A DNA stretch of 64,000 nt. Origin: Schizochytrium sp. TIO01 (lineage: Eukaryota; Protista; Bigyra: Labyrinthulomycetes). The DNA is taken from positions 5,550,483-5,614,482 of the forward strand of contig SMSO01000032.1 in NCBI GenBank assembly GCA_004764695.1. The letters run 5' to 3'. Within the stretch, counting starts at the first letter, position 1. Each line of letters starts with the position of its first letter. Position numbers and translations under genes: made by a program. Of the stretch, positions 13,601-25,062 are shown piece by piece. The notes beneath the pieces are model-generated. The model saw only the letters and a list, made by a program, of their open reading frames with translations, did not search any database and was not told the DNA's origin.

Positions 13601-15336
13601 CAGAAAGAGAGAAAGAGAGAAAGCTTTTCGCTTGAAAGGTCTTTGATAGTTAATTTTATGCTGTGAATAAAAGATTGAACCGCTCAGCGTCAAGCTTAGT
13701 GGATTTGACAATACGTCTTCGAAACGACTAGGATTTGAAAGATCTGTAGAAACAAAGGCCGTCGTTGAGCGGAGCTAGGAATCGCAGGAGCGCTAGGACT
13801 CTTGTTCTTAATTCTGGCTTGGTTTTGCAGCCAGGTTTAAACGCGAGGAACTAAGATGGCACAGGTGATGGATGGGTTGCTGAGGCTGTTTCTTTCTTTG
13901 GGTTGTCGAGTCTCAGCTTTGGAGGAATATATCTCTGACTAATAGAAGAACAGTGTTTTAAAATGTGCGAGTGAAGAGCAACTCACAAACAAAGAGATGA
14001 AGCAACGGGCCCATTCACTGCACATTAGGAATGAAGCGAGACTCCACATCTGGCCCCCAATTTTTGTCCCGGCTGACATATACCCTCGGCTACCCCAACA
14101 TCGTTGGCATCCCCATTCAAATACCTTCCTCTTTCTAGGGGTCTATTTCGGACGTTTCGAGACTCAGATCGCTCGGACTTTTTAAAAGTAGTAGTAGTAG
14201 TAGTAGATCATAATTCTCTAGTAAGCGTCGAGTTTAAAAGGTTCTCGTTCGTTCCTTTCAAGTTCCCTCTGTTGCATGTTCTGTTTTTCACGCCTCTTTT
14301 CTTCTTTTCCCTGTTTTGCATTAAGGGAAAAAGAACTTTGATTAATATTTTTTTCATGGCAACATTTGGGGAGAACACCGTACTACACCGTATTACACTC
14401 CTTAGAGCTACTCAGTCAGCCAATCCACCGTACGCATTAACTAACCCTATCGAGGAGAAATCATATTGATAATTTCCTACGCGGTTTACTTTCGAAGAGA
14501 ATGAAGCTCCACTACCTTGTTAAATCCTTTTTCTTTTTAATTTTATAGTTTTATTTATTTTTGAATTATACATACATACTATGTTCTTTAAATTGAGCAC
14601 TAGAGGTTATGGCTAGGCTGCGTACATACCCCTGCAAGGTGTCCCCACACGCCGCTGTGATAGGAATATTAGTGCTCACTAGTGAGCGAGGGAGTGAGGT
14701 TCTGTCTGTCTGTTGTGTGTCTGTCTCGTGCAGAGTGAAAGAAAGCACATGAGAGGCTGATGCGAATTGGACATGGACGCAGCAGCAGAGTGCTTCTGGA
14801 CAAGGTTCAAGAGTGGAGAGGAGGAAAACCCACTCCCAAACCAAACGGGGCGTGTCGAGAGAAGCAGAGCAACCGTTGAACCGCCCAAGTTCGAAGATAG
14901 GGATTGTAGGCTCTTCTCCATATAAAGAATATGTGTACATAGGATGTTTGAGAAATGAAGCCTTCGCTCGTTTGAAGCGCCCAGCTAGGCGTTACCTTAG
15001 GATACCCCTAGGCGGCTGCGAAGAACGGGCCATTCTCGTTGCAGATCGCGCGGCAAAGCGCCGATGGTGTTAATTGAGAATGTATTTTCACATAGACAAT
15101 AGACATGAGGAGGTCTGCCTGACAGTCAGTTGTGTTTCTTTTTGCGATTGAGTTCGTTCGCAAAGCCTCGAAGGAGTCGGAAAAGATGCTGCAGAGACCG
15201 CCTTCGCGACCGTCCAGGCCTCCTTCTCAAGGACCGAGCAGGACTGAAGAGCGAGCTGGAACGAAGTCGATTTAGATGCAGAAAGCAGAATCCACCGCCC
15301 AAGACACAAAAGAAAGAAGCAAAGAAGCAAAGAAGG

Positions 15337-15410
15337 AAACAAACAAACAAACAAACAAACAAACAAACAAACCAAATAAACAGATAAAGTAAACAGATAA
15401 AGTAAACAGA
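15337..15410. repeat. (AAAC)n microsatellite plus a short AAACAGATAAAGT tandem duplication
   Basis: Direct reading. Confidence 0.85.
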
Positions 15411-18400
15411 TGAATAAATGGGAAAATAGTTAGGGAGTCAGAGAAACAAACAAATGAAACAAACAAATGGAGAAATAAACAAACTTGAATGGAGAATCAG
15501 AGCAGAAACAAAGTGGGATGGATTGGGCCGCATTCTAGCGAGGATCCGGGCCGTTCCTCGCTCTGAGCAGTATGGCAGCAGGAGCGATGGCGAAAGAAAG
15601 AGAGCACAGTCGTATGGAATGGGAATGACTAAGAGCTTTTGACCTCGGGTGGGCAAAAAGGACTTTTACTTCTCTTCTCTTCTCTTCTCTTCTCTTGACT
15701 TCTCCAAAGAACAAAGGAATCAACGTCTTGAGCAATCAAGCTGCACCGAAAAGAACGCCCGAGCACCGAGCGGGGCAAGGAATGATACGAGTTCCAAAGA
15801 CGGGCACTGGCGCAAGCAGGTGCGGGATGGACCGTTGTAGCAAAGGCCTCGAGGGGAAAGTGCAGGAAACCCAGGATCTTGCTGTCGCTTGAAATGTGAT
15901 TGGAAAATTGACTCTCAGTAAATAGAGCCTGTTATAGTATGGCCCCTTTTGATCAGGTCTCACGACAAAGCAAAGCGAAGCAAAGCGAAGCAAAGCAAAG
16001 CGCTGCTTTTGTATGGATACATGCACCATAAATAAAGAGTAACTAATTAACACATTGGGAATCAGGAACCAGGAACTGGGACCTGCTACTTTCTTTCTTT
16101 GTTAATTATTCATCAGTCCACTTACTTCGCTCTGGTCCGCATCGAGAAGGCGGGGAGGAGCTGCGCCATATGGCAAGACTGCACCTCTGTCGGTGCCACT
16201 CGCCAGGCTCTGCGAGACCTTCGAGAGCGACTGCTCCAAACTGAGGTCCAAGATCCAAGTCCACGTTGATCTGAGCATCTACTCTACAGCACAAAGGTTC
16301 CCTTATTTCTTCTGTGCACACTACTTAGTGCTTACTGCATATATATATACATATCCAAAGCTCTTGGAGTCCGTATATCATTAAAGTCAAGATGCTTTGA
16401 CAGATTGACTGACTGACTGACTAACTTCCGACCACACTGAGGTCAAGCCAGGTACGACGTACAGCGCGGCTATCCTTGGGAACAAACCAATGTCAAGTTT
16501 TGACGGAGCTCGATCGCAGACAGACAGACAGACAGACAGACAGACACCCACTGCTGCTTAGTCCGGCCGCGCTTCGAGCGGGTCTTCGCAGAGACGCCAA
16601 AGAACCGCGCATAATTAAATAGCGAACAAACAACTTGAAATAAGGCTCTCTTTGTGAAGCGGAAATCGCTCCGCCTAGGCACTTGCCTAGCGTGGTAGTA
16701 GGAGTGCCTCCACAAAAATGGCTGAAGAGTAGCGAAACAATGGAAAGAGTTAATCAATAAAGAAGGCCTCTCTGGTTTCTTTGTTTCTTTGTTTCTTTGA
16801 TTAGTTGTTTAGTTGTTTAATTGTTTAGTTGTGATGTGTACGCGTGAGGAGGGTTCTAAGGAAGGGTGGGTGAGTGTATTTGCTTTCAAGTTGCGCAAGA
16901 GACTGTCTCCTTAAGGAGCGGCGCTGTGTTTATTTTGGAGAGGGCTTGAAAGCTCCAACGAACCTCCAAAGTTTGGAAAAGTTCGGAGTGCCATTGCGCC
17001 TGCGGGCTGAATCCTGGGAAAGACTGGGGCAAAATTATCTGAGCTGTTCTTCTCCTTAACTATCGAAGGTTATTATGATGTACATATATAATTTTTTTTA
17101 ATTAAAGAACAATCATGGTTTGTTTTTATTTTTTAAATTAAATAATAATAATAACAACAACTTTTACAGAGTAGAACAATAGAACGTTTCTTTATAATCT
17201 ATGATCGTGGATTGAATTCGATACAGAGAGAACTTGACGTAAAAACAGCATAGCTCTAGCTAGAGAGGCAAGAAAATGGATAGCTTGAAGGAAGAACAGA
17301 AGCTACTACTGCTTCCTAATGTTGAGGTACTAAATGTAAGAAAGAGAACGCTTGTTCCACTTTAGCTCGCAACTGATGGCCCATTTATGCTTCCTGGCGT
17401 TCTTTCTTTTCAGCCAGCTAGTTATAGGTATGTACCTAAGTACTACTTCTACTTTCCACCTGTCGAGTTCCTCCCACTATCCCAGGGAGGGCGTGTTCTT
17501 TCTTTCCTTGTTCTTTCCGTTCCTCTTCTTCTTTGTCTGGCTTCAAAGCGGCGGTTTGAAGCCCTAAGAAGTCCCTAGCGGCACTAGCTGAGTTTTAATT
17601 GATAGTGAGTTGGGACTCATGTAAATATCGTCATAATGTATCTCTTCGGCTCCGTGGGAATTCCAAAGCTGTGCAGCCATCTCCGCCAAAAGAAGGGTCG
17701 CTCCCAAGTTCGTTCTAAGAGCGAGCTCCACACTGACTGTGAAGGTTAGCTCGCACGCTGAGAGCACTCTGGCATTGCTTCAAGGTTGCAAGGAATGAAT
17801 CAGCATCCAAGACAGAGAGATTCGCAATGGTGGCTGCATTTGTCATATACTACGATTGATTAGATTCGTACGTACATATGAAGTGAAGAGTCTGCGTTCG
17901 AGTCCAAAGAAGAAGAGACAGTAGACTCCTGGCCCAGCTCAGAGGGGACTCTTCGGAAGAGTGACGAGGTTGGCTATATATGCAAATACTCTGGCGCTGC
18001 GAAAGCAAATGCTTGGCGAAGAAACCCGAACTCAAAGAAAGAGTTGGAGAAGATGTTTGCAAAGCAAGTGGAAACTCCTCAAAGAGAATAAATAGCGGTC
18101 ATCCAGCGGGGTGCTTGGAGAGTCTGAGTCAAAATATAGGACAATTTCGCGGGCACCAACAGCGAATGATTTTGTGGATGCTTTAATTTAATGCAGCATG
18201 AAAGTAAATTACGAAGGCCTCCACAAGGAGTTGTCCAATTAATTTGTAAATGAAAGTGTCTTATAAAATCAACGCTCACGCGATTCGTGTATTCTTGTCA
18301 AATGAAGTTCACATTTGCCAACACAATATAACTGATGGTTCTAACTCTCACGCGAAATTAAAATATTGTTACCACCATCAAGCAGAGATAAATATCATGC

Positions 18401-18906
18401 GAGCTAGTGCTTTCAAGACAGCACAGTACCAACTCCAAAAGTAGGATTTATGTTCGTGACAGGGTCGCGTGAGAGCAATTTAGACTTGGACAAATCCTGA
18501 ATATTCAATTGAAAAACGTTATTATTGCCGGCTAAAATTTTTGTTGATTCTTCTACCATTGATAACTCCTCTAAATAGTACTAGCAGTAATTTTCATCAA
18601 AACTGAGCCATTCGATTCAGAGGGTCTGTCTTTTCATTTATAGCTACATTGTTACCGATTCAGTTCAACGAGTTGACTCGTGGATAAGTAAACGAACTAA
18701 TGAAGTATGTAATATTGCGAGGAAGGAAGAATCCTCACTCACATCTTTTGACCTCTACTGTAAGCGCTAACAAAACTCTACATCGACTCGCTTCCGTCTA
18801 CGTGGACTGAATTGCAGGCGCTGCAGGAGGCTGCACAACGAACTGCTCTAAGTTGCTAATACCTTCTACAATGTATATTGTATATTATTTATTGTGTATT
18901 CATTCG

Positions 18907-18908
<2 letters not shown>

Positions 18909-18942
<34 letters not shown>

Positions 18943-18943
18943 T
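18909..18943. repeat. (TATT)n microsatellite
   Basis: Direct reading. Confidence 0.9.
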
Positions 18944-19908
18944 TCATATTCATTTCTTCAAGATGATCGTCGAAACTGCTATCATCACCTCAAAGAAGGT
19001 ATTTACAACATCTTGTGTTAGCTTACCTCGAAGGCGGAGCTACCCACCTCCGAGATCCTGGCATCATTCTGAAACATGTCAGTAGTACCTACCATTTAGC
19101 AATTCTACGTAAGTTGTAACTACCTACCACTACCTACAGTAAGAGCAGCTAGCTGTACTGCTCTGCTCCACCTTAGCCGTTATGCTATGTATTCGCTACC
19201 CTCGAGTAGGCACCGAAAACTTAAGAGGTACCCTATTCTTTTATTTGTTCTTTTGCATAGTACAGAATCATTATTTTTATCCTGACTACCTGCTTACTCG
19301 TAGTTAGTTACCTTACCTTGCTAGGGCCTATGTTGAATCAGTGAATGAAATGAATTGACTTTCCTCCTTCTGTGGATGTGCTGGACAGCCGAAGAATTCG
19401 CTGTGGCCGTGGGACGAGCCTCTCCCCCGAGCAAGAATATACCTCTCCTCGTGTGATTCTCTGGATTCATTTACCCACCAGGGCCTGTGTACTACAGAGG
19501 TGCTGCTGCGGCCGAGCCGTCCATTGCTTCGTGTCGTAATGAGGCCATTTGGATCATGTGTGCCTGTCATCCTCTCTGATTGCTTTTACAGTTTTAATTG
19601 AAGTACTTCGTCTTCTTTTCAATCAATTAAAGGGGATGAAGAATGAATCGATACCCTCAAAGCAACAACAGTGCTTGCTAATCATTCAATAGTCGGCGCA
19701 CTACTTCCCTGCATTCAGACCAATACCTATGATGTGCTCTTTCCGTAAGTAAAAACAGTTGCTAGGTTAACACCATCAGCTGATTGATGATGACTCGTCG
19801 ATACATCATCGTGATTCATTACCAATAATCGCCACTTCTCACTTCCCGGTTAGTCAGCAAGTAGCCATGAGGCACGTTTTACAGTACCATGCTGCTAGTA
19901 GGCAGCTA

Positions 19909-19976
19909 CTAGCTAGCTAGCTAGCTAGCTATGGCTAGGAAGCTGGCTAGGAAGCTGGCTAGGAAGCTGGCTAGGA
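19909..19976. repeat. (CTAG)n array abutting a 12-bp tandem repeat (TGGCTAGGAAGC, ~3.75 copies)
   Basis: CTAG x5+ at 19909-19931; 12-mer units at 19932-19976. Confidence 0.9.
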
Positions 19977-22900
19977 GGTGCCTGCCTTGTTTTACAAGTT
20001 TCAAGAAAGCAGGTGATGCCCGAAATGGAGATTTACAAAAAGGCACACCCACTCTGTAGCTGGTTGTCTAGTGAGTTCCCTAGCCATTGCACTGGCAAGG
20101 TGCAAAAGTGAGTAATTCATGCATGAACAAGGGCTTCTGTGATCACTATTTACTATGTATGCCGCATCATCCATCCAAATCTATCCTTGAACAGCGATAT
20201 TATTTTTTTTTAATGAAAAGGGCAACCAAAGGTGGCAATCTCAGGAACTGACTGTAATTTGATGCCAAGGCCACCGCGCCTGGGCAGGGGGAAATCATAC
20301 TTGATCAGGTTTTTGCATGAGCTCTTCGCGGCTGCTGACAATCCTGATGGGAGCGAGAGCTCTGAAACGAAACCATTTTAGCTTCCGAGATGATGGATGG
20401 AATTGTTGAATTACTCAGACTACTACCTAGCAATCCTAGGAACCCAGTAGGGACTACTATGTCTCTGGGATTTCGATTGATTGATTCCAGTGTAAGTTCG
20501 GGTTAATTCGAGTTGTTCGAATTGGATTGTTGTGCAGAGGTTATTCGAGGTTAGCCAAGGCAAGAGTGAATTGCGGTACAGTGGATGACAGCTCGAGATC
20601 TTCATGCTTTAACAGGCCAGGGTGGCCACGATAATAATAAGAGTGAGAAGGATGGCGGCCGTCGTCGAAATGTGTTGTTGTAGTGCTTGGGAGGCATAAT
20701 GGCAATCATGGCGACTTAGGATGAAAGTGCTACGAGCTACCTCTTTTATCACTAGTATCCCTGACTAGTAGCTACTAGATTGGTAGATAGATCTCTACCT
20801 ACCTACTAGTAGCTAGCTTCTTTTCATTTTATTTATTCTTTTTAGTTCTTCTTTAATTAATTAATTATTATTTTTTTAATTACTACCCAACTTGAAGGAA
20901 TTTATAAAATTGGCTCTTCTGAATGTACCTTGGGAGGGTTGGAACAGAAAGAACAGCAACGAAAACCTAAAATGAATGAACTCACCAAAGTATTATGGCA
21001 TCACGAGCCGTGAAAATGGCAAATCATGTGGAGGCGCCATGTGATGAGCCAGTGAGATGCTGACTTAGACAATGCAGTGGCAATGAAATCAACAAGTCAG
21101 TCGTTTTTGCTTTTTAAGTTTCGGGTTCGGGAGGTCAGCAGAAGGTAAAGTTCATAAAGAAGAGCTCTTTTACATCGATCGTGTCATACAAGGTAGTAAG
21201 TAATCCACAAAAGCGTCAAGTTCCTCCTCGCACGTGAAAAGTGAATGTGAGTGAATTACTTTGGGCAGACTGATTTACCTTCAGCGAGCAGGCAGCCACT
21301 CTGCAGTTCATTCAGTTAACCTATCGTCTCGACTGCCGCTGCTAGTTCAAAGACCATGAAGAACCTACCGTGGCAGCATGTTGGTGAGTTTTCGAGTGGC
21401 TTCCTCCTCGAGCCTAAAGCTTCTTTGTAACAGTTTCAAACATGCATATGCTTGACTGAAAGCACCTGCTGTTGAATTCGCTAACCCCTGGACACCCTGA
21501 GGCAGCAGCCTTTATCATGTCAAATGTCGTTGCCAGGACTATCTGCGATGGAAATTGTGGTAGTGGTAGTAGTAGTGGCAGAATTGCTAAATTACTTACT
21601 ACTACTCATACGCACGAACGAACCCCCACAAGACGGATGTTGTTCTCGGGAGCACATTCCTAGAATGTAATATGGCGAAACCACTTCAAAACTGCGGATC
21701 ATCCAGCTGACCAAGACTATGCCTCGGTCCGCAGGCTGCCTATTGATGTGCACCACCGAGACTTCGGTAGGTGGGCTCAATATTGTAAATCGCGACTATC
21801 TTTGATGAGCTGAGCTTGAATAGATTGAATAAATCACTCCAAAAAACGTGCTCATAGCGAGCCACGACTCACGCGCTGTCCCCTGCTGTGGGAAGTGGGC
21901 AGTAAGGGGGTGCTAAGGCAGCTAAGCTAGTCACTGTGAGAAGTAGTCCAAACATAAGAACAGCACGTGACTTTGTACCTTTTGCATTTTAATTTTGAAG
22001 GTTCGAAATCAAGGTGCCGCTGCTAGACACGAATGGTGCGAGAACATCATTGTGGCGGTGGTTTGATTGGCCAATCAATGTGTAGGCACGCACATTGGGT
22101 GAAACATGGGTGCAGGCAGGCATGCGAGACACACCCTCGATTGGAGGAAACGGGGACCACCAAGTTCGCCTGGCAGCAGGTCCTGGTCTCGTCGAAATTT
22201 CCATTTCAAATGGAAAGGGAGTGTGTGAGGGAAAGAGGGAAATGGGTGAGGGAGACCACCTCAGCCTTCACGAGCTTGGTAACACTAATGGGCCGGTGTG
22301 CGAGAATTGGAATAGGCTGCGACTTGTCGCAGATCATTTTATTCTCTTATTGAGAAAGAACAAGTGCATTTTGGAGGACTCGCTTACGCTTACTTCCTTC
22401 GAAAAGTGCAAGCAAGCCACAGGCTGGATTGCCTTGCAAATTGCAAATTGCCACTCGTAACGATTTACCTAATTCCACGAGGCATCAATTGTACGTGCCG
22501 AGATAGCACTACTACTGATCATCCTCACCCGTGAAAACAGACGCTCTGTACCAAAGTGCATGCATAAGAGAGAAATGTCGCCACATCCAGTTGTCATGAG
22601 ATATAGAGAGAAAAACAATTTCCCGTGGAATGCTCTGTCCCCATCTGAGTAAATTTCTGCCATTGTGAATATTCCAAAACCAAAGAGTAACTTGTCGCTG
22701 TAAAGGCCAACACGACTCTCCTATGGAAGTAACCTGTGTCGGATTAACCTCAAAAGTCACAACCCTCAGCCAACCTAACGATGGACAACATCAACGAGCA
22801 AGACGCTCTTCGTGCGAACGCATTTATCCACCTTTGTGCAACTGCACATCAATCGAGCCCCGGCTGGCATCTTTCCTAATTTGAGGCCTATTTGTAAGCA

Positions 22901-25062
22901 AGTGCTTTAGGATCTCCCAGACTTGAAGGGGGTCCTTCCCAACGGCCACATCTTCCGCAATTTCTCTGGGCGAGGTAGACAGAATAGCACACCACCAACC
23001 TAGATACCCTAGTAGTAGAGCAGTGGTTTGATCATTCACCAAAATCGGTCCCTTTATCTTCGGGCAGGAAAACTATTTATTGCCTTTTTAGTTGAACAAT
23101 TGTACCCTCAATTTGGCTATGTAATCACTGGGTACTGGTACTTAGTGTGTTTTCGTGACAAAGCACAGGTGGAAACCTATACTAGGATGTTTATAAAGGT
23201 GGTTCTCTACACCATACATATCATATTCAATTCGTCACGAGAACCACAAACACAGTCTAAAGTCTGACAGAGTAAATCATTTTTACTTAGATAATATTAC
23301 TCTTATCATATGTATCTTTTGCTTTTGAATTACAATGTGCACTATCACGATTTTTATTTTTTATTTTTTATTTCCTTTTGGTTATTAAACAGTATACCAG
23401 GAGATCAGCAGCCACCTTGACAAGGGACGAAATGGGTGGAGCAGCTGAGCGTCAAATGATCACCCTATAGAGTGGTTGACTCAATACCATATCGGTTAAA
23501 AAGTTCGACCATCTTATCTTGTGAGTATAGAACATCGCAACACTCTGATGTAGCAAATAGAAAGGGTGCGTGGATGTGTGTATTTTTGTCTATTAATCAC
23601 GGCAACCTGCACTTGATACAGAGCCACGTATGCCATCAGTAGACATTGTGCGAAAGGTCCCGAACATTATACTCTTACACTATCCAATTGCCCGCCTCCT
23701 ACATAAGTTTAAGTATGGCTGGCTGCCTCCAAGTGTTCTGGTGAGCTTTGAACCTATTCATGGGCTATGATTTTGAAAATATCACGATCTCGTTCTTACC
23801 GGAACACTTTACTTCCAATCTTCTCCTTCTTATTCTTCTTCCTCTCTAAAATTTTGTTGAAATGTGCACAATCAAATTATCCTGCACGTGCTGGAAATCT
23901 AAATGAGTTCCCCCTTTTTGTAAAGCACGAGGGCACGAAAGAGAAGTGCAAACAAATAATGAGAGTCTAAAATAAAAACTGCTGGTTCCTTTTGGTGAGT
24001 TGTGTTTGCTATCGTGGTAATGCACTGTTCCGCAATCGTGTGTGAAAGCGATAAGGTTCTTTTCTTACAATTTATTTATCAGAATTCCTGGTGCTTCACG
24101 TTTATCGAAAAAATAATATCATTACCCAATGATACTAAAATTAGCTCTACATGAATATTGACTTTTTATTGAAATGGTAAATTGTAAAAAAAAAAAATCA
24201 AATGAAAGCCTTTATTGTAGTTGTCGAGAAGTTTTACTCATTGAATACTTGCGATGATTTTGTTGCAGAGATAATATAATAAAGATATCAAATATATATT
24301 GAAAAAAAAAATGTAGCAAGCTAATCAGTCAGACTACAATTTGATTTGAAATTTAGAAATCGAGTAGCTTCAAATCCTGATATTGTTCAATTACCTGATA
24401 TCATTCAATTACATAGAATTCCAAAGAATTTTACATGTTTCATACCTTGCAGTGGTTTCTTTTTTGGAAAATGAATGAATGCGACCCCTTGCGAAACTAG
24501 ATTAGGCTTCGCTTCAAGAGGTGAAGAAGCAGTATCATATTTTACTTTTTTCTTTTTTTTAAATAAATTCTACTCTGTTGCAAATTTAACATTACTATCA
24601 ACCACTATGATTTATGAGAAGTTAGTCAACAATCAAGAGAAATCATCCTGTAGATCACTTGTCAATTGCTAAATATAGACTTTAACAAGCCATACTATTC
24701 AAGCCATTATAGCTATTCAAGCGTTGTATCTATTTGGGACATTTATTTGTAGAAACTGACCTGTTTTCCTCTTTTTTAATCTTTTAAAAAAAAATTATTT
24801 TATTTTAAACATAGATTTGGAAATATATCCAAAGGGTACCCGCTTTTATAGTAGGTAGAAATAGAACCTGTAGTAAAATTAGAGTTCTGTTTTAAGAAGC
24901 AAAAAAAATCTACGTGCAAAAGGGTGTGTGCTTTGGTCGCGGCGCGTGAATTCTGAGAACGCAATGTCTTGGATGATTTGCGGGTAAGTTCGTGTCTGAA
25001 GGAAAAGAATGGATGGATTTTCGAGCTGAGGAGCACTCGTGAGCTGCAATTCACGGAGCGCC

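Noticed and set aside
20080-20310. CCATTGCACT and GGCAGGGG..TGATCA fragments reminiscent of U1
   Set aside because: Wrong order and spacing, and no 5' ATACTTACCTG
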